A stretch of DNA of 64,000 nucleotides from Antedon mediterranea (Eukaryota > Animalia > Echinodermata), in the NCBI RefSeq assembly GCF_964355755.1, contig NC_092673.1:2604001-2668000 (forward strand), read 5' to 3'. Position 1 is the stretch's first letter. The number at the start of each line of letters is the position of its first letter. Positions 12,006-26,200 of the stretch are shown piece by piece. Made by a program: the position numbers and the translations under genes. The notes under the pieces are model-generated. The model was not told where the DNA came from. It saw only the letters and a program-made list of their open reading frames with translations, and ran no database searches.

Positions 12006-14674
12006 AAACAGATTTGATTTTTTAGGTATTGTATAAATCTTTTGCATGGGTTTTGTTTAAAATTCTTCTCATTTATATCAATTTTAAACGTCTTATTATA
12101 AAACAGAAAAAAATATAGGTAATTAAACAGGTTGTACATCTTTGTTATACTTAATAAATTAAATGAAGGAACGTTATGTCGGTTATCGAACTAGGCTCAA
12201 TAACAATCAACCTTCTATCTCCACTGTCTTCAAGGACGTATATCATCATTTATAATGAAAAATATATTAACTTTTAAACATATTTTATCATTAATCTTTC
12301 AAGAAACTAATTTCATTTTTTATTTTCAAGTAGTGTAGAATATTGGAGTAGAGTAGAGTGAAACATTTGATACTAAAGAGTCTCCCCCTTAATAGGGATG
12401 TCCCCTGTAACAGATAACTCCCGGAAATTCTCATATTTCTATAAATATAGAAACACCCTGTTTCTACTTATTTATATATAAGCTATGCTTCTGAGATTCC
12501 TCCTTTCCATTCTTTTTTCCCTCTTTGTACTATGCTTATAAATTTATGTATGTTTATGAATTTGTATAATAATTATATGGAAATAAAGAAAAGAACATAT
12601 AACTCCCAGTATTGTTCATTTCATGGAATGTGTCGCCTGAATAGTGTCCAAAAACAGAAGAGTTCTATTCTACTATATTAGGTTCACAGATATGGATAAT
12701 AAGCCCATATCTGGTGTATAATCCCATCCCATTTCAAATTTTATTCTTATCCATTTCTGGAAATTCCATTGCTTGCATTAAAAATTACAGAACAACAATT
12801 GAAACTACAATACAATAAACATATTTGATATATATATAAACACAATAAAAAGCAAAACTATTTACTGTATATTTCACTTATAATTTTTATCGTTTGTAAT
12901 TTGTATACAATTTTCAAATCCCCTAACAAAACGTATACATAAAGTCATGTGGGTGTGTATCCAGGTCAGTATGGCAAATGTTAGCAAATAAAAATAACGA
13001 TGAATAGTATGGTACATAATTTAATGTTTACTTACTAACGTCTTAAAGTTTATCACAAACTAAACACAATAAAACATAATGAATAAAATAAAAAATAACT
13101 AGATTTCAACTTTATAAAATTTAAACAATAAAATTAACATTACAGTGGTTTAAGAAATTGTGTATAGAATTCTGCAGGAAACGTTATAACGATTCGAACA
13201 AAAGCAATTATGCACGTCCAATTTAAAGACATCAAATAATAATATGGTTCAAATAATAGATTTAATCGTATGGATTCTGGAATTTCATTTTCTGAAATCA
13301 ATTTTTAATTAAAATATTATAAAAGTTGCCATGTAACTGAAATATAAAATGAATAGCATTGAATATATTTATAGAATACTGAATTTTAATAGCAAATAAT
13401 TTTTTTTTTGTATATAAAATAGATTTAAGATATTCCATGCAGTACAATTGCATTTATTTTAAAAGCACAATTACCAAATTATTGATTAACTATAACATTT
13501 TTAAAAGTAGTATTTTTTTTTTTGAATTTAGTATTGCTGTACATAAACATAATAATAAGAAATTTATTTTGGTTAAAAATATTACGAATTTATCCCAGAA
13601 TCGGAAGGATGGACCAGTTCATCCAATATTATAGTACAGTAGCCTACTGGCCTAAAATCCTTATTTTTACATTTCTCTTATTTATGTTCTTAGTTTAAGC
13701 ATATGATTCTTAAAAACATCAAAAGCAACTGAAATTGAAAGAATTCATAGTAAAATAGCATGTGAAAGAGTATCATTATGGTTAGATGGACAGGCATGCT
13801 ACCGTTCTTCAAATCTTTTTTTAAAAGATTTCACAGTTGGCATATAGCATTGTATTGTTAACCGTACCTGGTGGGAAAATGAACAGCACTATTTAATTGT
13901 GCTATCCATAAGAAAATTCTATTGTCTAACTGGTTTTTAAAGATTAAAAACAAGAACAAGTGAATGAAAGCGGAAGGAGTGTACTTAAGGACCTTTAAGA
14001 CCTAGGATTGGTTTTGTGTCGGTGTTTATATTGCAATTTTGAATACACTGTACCATGTCAAGCAATCCCCTCTGTAGGGGAGCAAGTGCCACGCGTCGCA
14101 TTTCTAAGCAGCCTTTCCTCTTGAAAGAATTTTTCAAAGAGATCAATTTTAATAAAAACATGCAGACCTTTGATAAAATAAATTGCATCAAATTTAACTA
14201 CAAAGGTGTATCAAAATTCAACTGAAGCCAAAAATAACACTTAAATTTGCATTGCCTATACAATTTTTACGTCAATAGAGTATAAACCTATGATTATTTT
14301 CATTCACTGCACTTTGCTTTTATATATAACCTTTAATAATAACCAGAACAGGTCTATTGCCGATTATTATTTTAAACATACTTTTGCTTTCAGAAATCTA
14401 CGATAATTTAGTTTTGATATTAATTTGTGCAATGTCATATGCAATCTTAGTTTTTTCTTTCAATTTGGCAGAACTGAACCTGTAAGTCTGTTGCCTATAT
14501 TCATAAACAGCAGTAGAACCCAATTATGATCTAGTGACCGCAGTAGGTACCTTTTACACTTCCTGCCAATTATGCTAAGTATTATCAAAATAAACAAGTC
14601 AGGGTCTTGTTTTTAAAAATAACTTGCTTATAATACTTTTCCTTTTTCCTTCTCACTTCAATTTCTTTAGTTAA

Positions 14675-14833
14675 ATGCCAATTTACACAGGCGAGCGGTA
14701 ACGGTAATAAAAATATAGAATCTACTGTTATTCCATATGAGCATCTAAACACAACTCGGAGCGGACGGGGTGGTTCTCGCTTAGGATAGATAAGATTCTA
14801 TGTGGGACAAGCTGTGTCTGTGTAAATTGGCCT
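14675..14833. mobile_element. Harbinger-like MITE family B
   Basis: TIR gccaatttacaca...tgtgtaaattggc with TWA-like flanks; second copy at 56654-56841. Confidence 0.7.
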
Positions 14834-16049
14834 TTAGTGTGAAAGAGAAATTAATGTTTTATTTATTATTCTTGTTAATCCATCTACTGGCATCAATGGT
14901 TCAAAACCAAACTGGAGGATGTTTTTTACATAATCTTTGCACCATACAGCACATTATATAATACGAATTAAGTTTAAATGAAGTTTGTACTATAGCCAAT
15001 AAATTAAATTTTGAATTATTTCGTATTTAATCTATTATTAAAAACTCTACAAAAGTGTGTCTAATCTAAAAAGATGTACTGTACACATTGATAACCTACA
15101 GCTGTTACATGGAGAAGCTAAGCAACTCTCTAGATTGTTTTCGTTTGCAAAATTTATGAAAAGAGGGCAAATAAGTTGAATCTGATTACCTTACTGTGAA
15201 GGCCATGAGACTGTGAATGGTATTTTAAGCTGGCTCTCGTCTATGCAAGTGGTATGAATCCCGATGACTATCTCTGCCTTAGGGGTCTATTCTGAATTGC
15301 GCTAGTTTAAGGAGGCAGAAACTGTAATGTTTTCTTAGTAAAAATAATGTGAAAATATCAATTCTGAATTCAGCATTCTTGAAATTTCAACAATTGAAAT
15401 CATTTCTACAGTACATTGTTGTGTATAGGCCTAGTACCTTTCCGCTTAATTTCATTCATATCTATCAAAAAGTACAGTAGTCATTTTAAACGAGGAATAT
15501 TGTCACCGCTGGTTGAATTCTAATCAATCAGATTGTTTTATCGTCGACAAACAACATGAAATTTGAGTGGTATAACTTCTGGTTTAAACTAAAATGGGTT
15601 GTGAGCCAGTCAAGTTTAAACAGCAACGCACCTGACGTAACTAGCTACAGTAACCTGACTTATGACATATCTGCTGTCTGAACACAGGCTGAAACTAAAA
15701 TGAGAACATGAGAAACGACAAGATGAGATAGTCAAGTAATGTATCTGTACAGAGCAATTTATAATGGTTAACAGAGATTTAATAGATTTTCAAACGAGTC
15801 GAGCATCCAATCAATGCAATAGCCAGAATCACCATTACAAGGTCTTTGCTAAGCTTAGGAAGAGTGAACGTGACAGAGGAACCACTGACCGAAACTGATA
15901 GTCTGACAGAACACATACTCCATCAGGAATTAGTGTTAAAAATTCTTAATAGCGAAAATTAGATTTACCACTGATATTTGTACTGTATGTATTACATCAA
16001 GTGTAAGGCTTTCAAATTTTTAACTGGGTAATTTAAATTAATTTAACCC

Positions 16050-16450
16050 TGAATGACCCACCCAATTCCAAATTTAAGCTTATTCACTCCACCCAACTCC
16101 AAATTTAAGCGTAATGAACCTACCCAACTCCAAATTTAAGCTTAATGACTCCACCCAACTCCAAATTTAAGCTTAATGACTCCACCCAACTCCAAATTTA
16201 AGCTTATGTCGGACTCCATCCAACTCCAAATTTAAGCTTAATGTCGGAAGCCACCCTAAGCTTAATGAACACACCCAACTCCAAATTTAAGCTTAATGAC
16301 TCCACCCAACTCCAAATTTAAGCTTAATGCCGAACGCCGCTCAAAGGAGCCATGCAACTCCAAATTTAAACTTAATGACTCCACCCAACTCCAAATTTAA
16401 GCTTAATGACTCCACCCGCTCTTCACATTTAAGCTGAATGACCTTACCCA
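16050..16450. repeat. 31-bp minisatellite (about 12 copies)
   Basis: Unit actccacccaactccaaatttaagcttaatg with degenerate units. Confidence 0.9.
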
Positions 16451-18237
16451 CAACAGTATTCTGTAAATACCAATATTGTTTGAACAATATAATGTTGTGT
16501 TATATCATTTTATTTTAATTTTGATATGTACACACACACACGATAAACCATAATGAACCCTTGCACAGTATTCGGTCATAAAATACAAAAACATAACCAT
16601 CATTATTATCATCAGTATCACCATACCAAGAGCTGATAAATATGTTTTTGAAAGGGTTGCAGCCAAAGAAACATCTCTACTTATAATATTCACAAAGCGA
16701 TTCAGCATTTCCTTTTAGATACAATAAATTGAGTGACTTGATTCCATCTAGGCTTAAAACGAATATAGTGTAATGAAAAATATTTTCTAAAATGTCTAGG
16801 ATTATCTAAAAAGCAAGGAAGATGGATAATACTTAATTGCTGAAAAACATGCTTAAGAGAAGAAATTAAAATAACATTTTATAGAAATATACATTGATTA
16901 GATGTATTGTAATCTATCAAAACCACTTATTTACTCCAGATTGCACGAAACTTATTATAAACTAATGTGTAGGCTTTGCTTCCAGACACCACTGGATTTT
17001 GGTACTAAAGGCCATAGCCAATTATAAAGATAGATTTTATATCCTCCCCGCACCAAGTTTCCACGCCATGGATTCCACACGAAAATCCACAGGTAATCTT
17101 TTGATCATGTGATAATATATATCACGACACAGAAAGCTGTTTGGAATTGAATGGTATCTGTAAGCCCACATGCAGAGATGTATAGTAGATCTACTTCATA
17201 GTATAACTAGTAAGTTTATTAACTACAGTAAAACCGAAGAAGAAAATAAAATCAATACGTTCGCTGTCATGGATTATCTATATCAATCGACTACTAATTT
17301 AGAATTTAAATTTCGTTATTTTAAAATTGGAATTACAAGTACGTGGGTATGAATGTTAAAAGCAAGAAAATTAAATGGCCTTGTTAACGATACAATAAAT
17401 AGTTTATTGTCATAACACTGAGAGTTTTAATATGCAGTCAATATTCTAATTTCAAATTTAAAAGAGGTCAACTATAGTACGGTGTTTATCAAACTTTAGT
17501 GTTGTGTTTTCAATCCATAAAATTAATCCCTCAAATTGTATTCCCGCCTCATGACGACTGCCTCTATTGAAAGTGTACAACATAAAACCTGCATTTGTAT
17601 AATGAATAACAATGGAAACAAAAGACATAATGAAAAATTGATGCATAATATTGTACTAGTTTTGCAATAGCTAATTTATAAACCATAATTTTACCTAATT
17701 GTTTTTTTTTCTAAATTCTAGATTGAATGGGCAGTATAATATCTTTGGCACCAATGCTAAGCACGGTCTGAGTAGCAATTTACTGGTATAATGTTTTTAT
17801 TTATAACTAAAATAAATTTTGTTTTGAATAAAGACAAGCTCTACAAAGTAAAACACATCATTATTAAATAAGACTCTAAGACTACAACAACTTTAATGTT
17901 TTAGCGGTTACTTAGCAACGCAAGTCTCTAAAAGCACTTGCTTATTCAGCTCTTTATTTGAAAACTCAGTTTCTTTGAAATTTGCAGGAAATAATTCTGA
18001 TTGAAATTTAGGCCAAAAAAAATATATATTTTGAGACTAAAAGCGGAAAAATAAGATTTCATTTATTATTATTATTAATTTATATTATTATTATTACATT
18101 TCTTTACCCAAGGTAGACCAAACAGTTAAACTGGTTTACATTGGGGTCCTGCTAAGTGTGGGACCAAAATTTAAGCTTCGGAATATTAACATTTAAGCCT
18201 GGAAAAACAAAAAACTTTTCATAAAGTGTGAACTTAC

Positions 18238-18309
18238 GTGAGGATATTCTGGAATGTTTACATCTTCGAGAGACTGATTCTGAAGTTTCTCCGTGATGAG
18301 AGTCACCAT
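18238..18309 (-). CDS. FAM53: FAM53-family protein, first coding exon (MVTLITEKLQNQSLEDVNIPEYPH)
   Basis: Matches the distinctive N-terminus of vertebrate FAM53A (MVTLITEKLQSQSLDD) and FAM53C (MITLITEQLQKQTLDE) as recalled; Kozak accATGg; phase-0 donor cac|gtaagt. The whole exon is 18238-18453 with a strong acceptor (ttttctttctttttgtcttgcag). The remaining large coding exon is not in the window. Confidence 0.88.
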
Positions 18310-18453
18310 GGTAAATGACGTGCCTTTTGGGAAAAGCCTCTTGGTTCTGGTCTACTTTCGAGTCATTTGTTTATCTGGTTGGTTCATGTAGGCTACCTTG
18401 TCTTAAACACCATCCAGAGTTACAGTATGGCTAATGTAAAATAATATGCTTGC
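18310..18453 (-). other. FAM53: 5' UTR part of the FAM53 start-codon exon, with short uORFs
   Basis: Lies between the acceptor at 18454-18455 and the ATG at 18309; contains uORFs MVFKTR* and MNQPDKQMTRK*. Confidence 0.7.
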
Positions 18454-19539
18454 CTGCAAGACAAAAAGAAAGAAAAGCTGAGTACGAAGTACACAATTGC
18501 TGCAAGAAATTCCGGAGTACTTGCCACCATTACCATGGTGTGTTTATTTACTATTGAAAAATTGAATGGGAATAACTTTCACAGAGATAAAAAGAACTCT
18601 TAAATACTTGATAGTTGCACAGATAAAGTCTTCAATGACCTCATTTAGGATAATAGCTTCTTTTATTAAAGATCACTCCATTGTTTCTTTAACTAGGGGT
18701 GTTTCTAACCAGCCCTACAGTTTTGCACAGCTTAATGTACCTGACCAATATGTAACTGGGGTGCTTCTAACCAGCCCTACAGTTTAACACAGCTTACTGT
18801 ACCTGTTAATTAATATTTTAGGATATTCAAATTTGTTTAATTCATTTATATTGTTGCCTGTGTATAAATGTCGCATATTCATTTTCAGATGTAATTAATA
18901 AGTTATGAATTAAAACATATGTCCAGCTATAACATTCACTCCAGGCAAATAACTAGATTGATTGTCGCATCTTTATTCAATATGAAAGGTCCATCCAAAA
19001 GTTTCTTATCTACTCGTTGAATTCTAGCCATGAACAAAACACAATTATAGAGTATACGACTTCTTTAGACAACGAGGAGCCCATTTGGTTAACAGCAGAA
19101 GAACCGCAGGCTCCAAACAACAAGATCATTTCAATATTGGATTACGTAAAGTGTGACCTAGCCACGTTTTCATCCGGACGAGTCAAATTAAATCAGTTTG
19201 CCGTGGTAAAATTTTTACCAATAGCCACTTGGTTGAATTGCCAGGTTAATATGGTACATCACTGCAGATTGTCTTTTGCATTTAAATAGACTCTACTCTT
19301 GTATTGAATGTACTTAGTAAACATTATGAGCTCATAAGATGTATTTGTAGCAGTTATCGGTACAAACAACTTTTAGGAAGACAAATTGACAAATATCACA
19401 TATATTCATAGACGAGTCAATATGCCGGGGAAAAATGGGGTGATGGGTTCTATACCCACCCACCAACCAACTTATGTTGCTAGTGATGATGTTCGCTCAT
19501 TCATTTATGATTGATTATAAGAATAAACATAATCATATA

Positions 19540-19617
19540 CAGTATTTATACTGTACATATAGTATTTATACTGTACATATAGTATTTATACTGTACATAT
19601 AGTATTTATACTGTATA
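19540..19617. repeat. 20-bp tandem repeat, about 4 copies
   Basis: agtatttatactgtacatat repeated. Confidence 0.9.
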
Positions 19618-19772
19618 TGGTTGTTTCTAGGCTTTTAATCTTTTGTTATAATCTTGAAAAGTTGTGTGATAATAAACAAAGCACATTAACCTAGCAAGTA
19701 ATCCATAAGGAAACCTCACCCTGTACTACAATGTTAAATGCAAATATTGAAAGGAGATGATCACTCCCCCAA

Positions 19773-20003
19773 GCGATCAAATGGTTTGGCCGATTAAATG
19801 GTTTAAGCAATCAAATGGTTTGGGCAAAAACCAAATGGTTTGGGTGATCAAAATGGTTTAAGCAATCAAATGGTTTGGGCGATCAAAATGGTTTGGGGCA
19901 ATCAAATGGTTTGGTCGATGAAATGGTCTAGCCCATGAAATGGTTTGGGTGATCAAATGGTTTGGGTGAACCAGATGGTTTGGCTGATCAAATGGTTTGA
20001 TCA
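19773..20003. repeat. about 19-bp degenerate tandem repeat, about 12 copies
   Basis: Consensus gatcaaatggtttgggc. Confidence 0.88.
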
Positions 20004-21091
20004 ACCAGCGTTTTTGCTCTCAACATTAAGTTGTTATTCCATCACAATAAGACGATACGGGAAAAAAGTCTAGCTAGTCTAGCTTACACTAATATCTGAA
20101 CGGTAATCAGAACAACACAGAATTGACTTCAATGAAATCTCGGTAACATACATAGACTTAAACCCCTTCAAAGTATGTATGTTATAGAAATCAGAAGTGC
20201 TTAAATTCAAACTATCCTGAAAATAATATAGGAATTGAAACTCGAAGCAGGAAAAATTTATATAACTTTCAAGGTTGTATTAAGAATAATGGCGTAAGCA
20301 GATTTAGGATGATATCCTTTAAATTGAGTTCAATCGCTGAAACAAGATTATTTTCATGTTATTTTATTTAAATTATGACTACATCAAGTTTATCGACTAC
20401 ATGGCCTTCAATGTTTTAAGCATGGTAAACTTGAATCGCACACTGAAAACATGGGGTTTTTTTAAGCAATAATTAATACTAGTCTTACCATTGGTCAGTT
20501 TATTTATTTATTTTATTTCAACAATATTTTACGAGGGTGGTCCATTTAGCCAAAGCTGATCATTAGGGACCTTCACAAAAATACATCATGAGACATGTAA
20601 CATAACAATAACAATTAAATTAAAATAGCATTTACTTTACTAACTTACCAAAAATATCAATACAGTATTCTTAACTCAAATAGCATTTTACCAAACCTGT
20701 ACCATACAATAAACAAAATTGGCAGTTTGACCACCACAATCCTGTAGGGTGGACCTTATTTTATAAGAGCTATCATCTGTAAACATGGCTCGTAGATTAA
20801 AGGCAAAAGCTGCCTATTTCCACTTCATTGACCCAACATTAAACAAAATCAATAACTAAAACTACAGTAAACCATAAAGCTCCAAAATCAATATTTCTCC
20901 ACTTGTGAGGAGCTGAGGGTCAATAGTTTCGGAATAGTTCCCTTAAATAGAAATGGCAAATTTGAAATTTCTATTCAATCCTCAAAGGCCTTCAATTAAA
21001 GTCTTTTTGTGCTCGATGATTACTGTCTTAGAGACAATACAGTAGGAAAAGTCCACATAGTTGGTATCTAAAACTAGAGCTACAGACATAG

Positions 21092-21163
21092 AGAACAAGT
21101 TTGAACATTTCATTTCATTTATTTCGTCTCGCATAAATGAAATGAAATGTTCAAACTTGTTCT
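21092..21163. repeat. perfect inverted repeat, 31-bp arms and 10-nt loop
   Basis: agaacaagtttgaacatttcatttcatttat - ttcgtctcgc - ataaatgaaatgaaatgttcaaacttgttct. Confidence 0.95.
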
Positions 21164-21177
21164 AGCTCATAGTGTAA

Positions 21178-21325
21178 AGCTCTGTCTACACTCAAATATG
21201 GTAGTGATATGACCAAATATGGTAGTGATATGACCAAATATGGTAGTGATATGACATTATCATGTCCATATATGGGCACATCATATTGTGTTTGTTACAT
21301 AGCGTTTGATAGTGTAGACAGAGCT
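21178..21325. mobile_element. Harbinger-like MITE family A
   Basis: TIR AGCTCTGTCTACACT...AGTGTAGACAGAGCT with internal 20-bp repeats ccaaatatggtagtgatatg. Confidence 0.85.
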
Positions 21326-23037
21326 TCATAGTCATCTTTTTTTACACTTCTAACTTCAACATATTACTTTATGTGCAAGACTATTAAATCATGATTTATT
21401 TTTTTTTATTATTTCCCTTTTGAAACCAAACCATGACAACATTTCATAGAATTTAACATGATTGTATTGTGGTAACACACATTATCATTAGGTGCATTAT
21501 GTAAATTGTCCAATCAAGGTGCAAACTTAATACCGAAACTAAAGTTGGTCAGACTAGTTCCGATATAATTATAAGTAAAGCAATTTTATTCGGCGCTTAT
21601 TTTTCTGCTTTTATTCCAAGTTGCTTTCAAATGGAAAGAAATTTACAGAACTCAAGACTAACTAATAATCGGCCAATATTCAAGGCTTTCAAAGAAACTA
21701 ATAAATTTGGTTTATATGTGGATACAGCCAGCTTGCAATTTCCTTTGAACATAATATTGAAATGCAAGCAAAATCAATACATTTTCCCTATTTATACTTA
21801 AGGATATTACCCTACTTTTTTATGTTTCTCATCTAACTTCTGCAGATTATATTTCAACAAAAAGACTACAAACGTATTACTTCTTTGTAGTCAGTCATCA
21901 TTAAAAAGATTAATATTGCATCTCTTTTAATTTGATATTTGAGAATGGATATTTTGGAATGGACAAAATGAATATTAAAACCATCAATTTGTCTCGTGGA
22001 TATGTATAGTGAACCAAGAAAAATGTGATGCTAGGCATTTAGTATTCATCATGCTGACAAAAGCCTTTTTGGCACAAATAGTTGCGAACTGTGCACTATT
22101 ACTGTATATACGGTAGTATGATACATCATAAAGATAGAGTACAGGATGGCTTCATTTGTTTAAAATTACATTAATTATTTATTTATTTACTAATGTTAGA
22201 ATACACTGTAGAGGAAGTGTATTCACAGATCTCTAGCTAAAGCCTTCGTAAAACAAAACAAAAGCAGTCCAATAGAAACCATTATCAAGTAGAATCGAAG
22301 TCTTTATTGTAGCAAAATGTGTGACTATTGGGAATTAGTGAAGAGACTGAACAAAGACAAACACAAAATAAAGATTTAAGGAGTAAATTACAAGTAATCC
22401 TGCCAGAGTTTAACAGTAAATGACTTAAAAGTTGCTATTTATACCAATGTATTGTTGTCAATAATAACATAATAGATTAAGGGGACATTTTGGAATCCAA
22501 CAAAAGTAGGGGTCTTTACACGAAGAAAACATATTGAACCTTTTTCATTTCACAGAAAAGTGTTCCATATATTGGTGTCAAAAACTGTCAAGGAAGGGTT
22601 TTATATCTTATGCCACCATCCTAAAAAGTTTTTGCGCCCATATCTTTTCTAATGCCAACTGGGACACATTTTACTAAAGTAGTAAGTATCTTACTTTAGT
22701 ATCAATTCCAAAACTACAGTAGTAATCTTTGAATTGAATTTTAATCGGTAAAATGGTGCCATTGACTTGGGCGTTAACCCCATCTCATCATAAATCTATT
22801 TATCATATTCACTGTATTACAGTATTAGTTGACAATCAGGTTATCACCGATCACTGGCCTACAAACACAAGCAACTGGAGAATCAAAATTGATTTTAATT
22901 AATAATAGTTCATAACAAGTATCGGAATAACATTGCCTCTTATCCTAACAAGATTTAATACAGTTTACATACAGCTAATTTAGCGACTATAAAAGGTCAA
23001 GTTAGGAGGCTAGGTGGGCTTGTATAGTACTAATACC

Positions 23038-23229
23038 CAGTGGCGTAACACACAGACCTAAGGCTCCTCGTATAATAGCCCCAAGTAGCCCTCCAATGCT
23101 GGAGTCGTTTTTATCCTTTTTTGACATATTTTAATGCCTGTTTTTTCCTCTGGACACTGGTCAGAATACCCCATAATTTTCGGGGCCTCTGGGTTTAGCC
23201 AGTGAGCGCTCATAGCTGCTACGCCACTG
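23038..23229. mobile_element. hAT-like MITE
   Basis: TIR cagtggcgta...tacgccactg; internal sequence shared with the 2033 and 54914 copies. Confidence 0.7.
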
Positions 23230-26200
23230 CTACTGTACCACCCCAAGCTAATCGGTACAGTAGTGTTTTAGCCTATTGAGTTATCATTTTTAACATTAAA
23301 CTTGCATTTTTGGTATCATAATTATTATTAATAAATTATAAGATAAATCCTTATCAATACAATTAAAGGTCAAATTTATAATATAGCTGGAAAAATCTTG
23401 ATATTAGATAATATTTGCTTGAAAATTAATTTTGAGAAATCAATATGCCTTGCTTGCATTCAGTACTGCAGTAATACTAGCATTGTACGCCAGGTAAATA
23501 ATCGTACCATGATCATTTCATCAATATCATTTTAAATAATTCATGTTGTTTTGTACTACTACAGTTATTTTAGATTCTTTCATTTGTGATCTCTATTTAT
23601 TTGCCTTTAAACAAAGAGGTACTTATTATCATAAATTATTGTTCTCTCAGTTTTCATTCTACACAATATCACATGATCATATTTCATTGAAATTCAAAGT
23701 TATACAATTTTGTACATTACTTTAACAGTAAATGATTGTACAGCGTAATCATTTTTAGTACTCGATTAGAGCCAACCTACTTTTAAACAAAACCCTCAGA
23801 TGCCAATAACTAATGCATAAAAAAAACCATGATAAAAATATTTTTTTTAAATTCCATCTTCGATATTAGAAAATATTTCAGATTACTTGAGCACAAAGCC
23901 TCAACTGAAACATATCAAGTTTTACATTGGGATTTGTATAAAAGATGAAGTAAAGTAGTAGTAATTACATTTAAATTAACATACAGTATTGTATTAACGA
24001 TACAAAAATGCAATAAGTATTGGAAATAAGAAAATGAGTTCTTTAATATATCATATTAAAATGGGTTTAGATTTCAAAGTATTCACTATGTGGAACTGAC
24101 TTAAAGTTTAAAGGTTAAAATGATATTGAGAAATGATGGTTGTTGTTGGACTGAAATGCAAGATTGGTATAGGAAATGAACGAAAATATAATATTGTGAA
24201 GATATTCTCGGTTACAGAAAATGTGTAACGAGATACATCAGAAGATATGTTTTAAAGACATAGTTATATCTGTGATCACTATAGAGAATAGGTGTTGGTG
24301 AGTATAGAAACGTTGTAACATCTTGAGGCTAGTATGGACATTTATTGAAATGTCCAAGCTCTAAGCATGTGCCTAAATGATCTATCTGACAGAATTTATG
24401 AATAAGTTACGAACAGATTTAAATTAGATATCTTTCCCATTAACAGATTGCATTTTGAAGAAAATTGGAAAGAACAGTAAGCCATATCAAAGATGAAGAC
24501 ACATCGCAAGGCAGGAGCAAAATTACGTTTGAGGACTTACTAATGCTGTGTCTCTTCTGGTACAAGCAAACTAGAGACTATTTTAATGCAATATGTTGTA
24601 GCTTTCTGAATTTAAATTGGTGACCATGAAAAAGATAATTTAATTCATTCTAGAAGAAACTAAATAAATCATATTTAGAATTTCAAAACCTAATCGTGTT
24701 TAAACGATGCATAATGTTCAATTTAATATACAATGCTACAAAATTATTCATTATTGAAGGGTTTGAAAAATATATAAATCTATACTGTTTCTCAAATGAG
24801 ACTCATAAGCACATGTTGCCATTTAAATAATTGGCAAATTATATTAACTAAAATAAATGTCACTTGAATAAAGAATACTCTTTCAGAAACGTTGTGTCCA
24901 TGTGTTTGGTATGAAACTATATAGTTGACCAGAAAATAACATTATTTAAGCTGACGTAGTAAAACGGCAAATTCAGAAATCTCCAGGTCTGTGTAGATCA
25001 GCAGAATTAATGCTACAAATCTTAGTAGTGACTGCTTACGTCACAGGCAGCCTACTATGTATGCTTTAAGTACTGTAGCGGCAACATTTCACAATAACAG
25101 CGCCAATGGTTGTCGTAATCATCAATGAATAATTACTGGTGCACATGCTTCACAAAATTACTATAGTGTGAGTCTACAGTAGGTTAATATTATTATTAAT
25201 AATCAATTTGCCACTTCCCAAGGTTAAAGGTCATTCAGAACATTCATATTTTGAATTTAATCTGAATGATATTATGTTATGTAATCATTTTCCTTCTTTC
25301 TTATTTGTGTATTTTCTATCATCATCATTGCTCTAGCCACTTTTAACTCAATGCAGGGGGAAGGTATAAAATTAACTCCATAACAGGGTATTTTGTTCTG
25401 TTCTCATCCACTGTGTACCAATTTCTTGCGAACTTTCATCGTGCCATCTCACATTAGTCCTTCAACTGGATAAATATTAAGGAATCAAATAAATAGTCAC
25501 ACTTAATAATTGCAACATGATGATGGCCAAATTTCATTAGTGATTTAAGTTATTATCTCCTCATACATAATAATTCATAATGAATTATGGTATTTACTAT
25601 ATACAAATTGGCAAGATTAGCTGGAACAGTAAGACTACATGAATGGCTGGTGTAGCAAGTCTATCATTGGAATAGATATGGATAAAATGTAGTTGATTGG
25701 TTTATACTGAAACTTCTTGGAAACATTCCAGAATAACTATTTGTATAAATAAATCAGCAAGACAGCAACAAATTATGTTTTTATATTGTGACAAGCATGA
25801 TTTCTGCATTTAATAAAAATTGAAATATGCATCAAATAGATCACTGTATAAACAGCTGGTAAACAAGTCTACAACATCATTCATGTGTCTGGTAATGGGA
25901 GTCTATAGAGACTCCAAGAATAGCTCATGGGTAGCTGGACAAACAAGTCTAGATTAATTACTTTGTCCCAGGGTGGCTAGACAGTTGAAGCCAATGAATC
26001 ACAGAGAGCTGTCTTGTCTTGTGTTTGTGTAAATGGCTGGGGACAGTCATGCCAGTTGTTTAATAGCTGTGTTATTTTTGACACTGATGAGACATGTAAA
26101 CAACAGTAACAAACATCGCTTCTGAGTTAATCATGATTAACTTACTCATGATTAACTTACTCATGATGATGTTATTGTGAACAGAGCTGAAAACTTAGGC

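Noticed and set aside
13985-15330. Candidate FAM53 exons (ORF 13985-14191; segment 15190-15280)
   Set aside because: No FAM53 motifs and no convincing in-phase acceptor/donor pair.
18560-19400. Possible reverse transcriptase remnant on the minus strand (IKYLRV-like motif)
   Set aside because: Too decayed to assign; probably an ancient LINE relic but not supportable by eye.
24040-24760. Purine-biased stretch with KLRT...KIG-like LINE C-terminal motifs
   Set aside because: Many stops and frameshifts and no defined ends; not reported as a feature.
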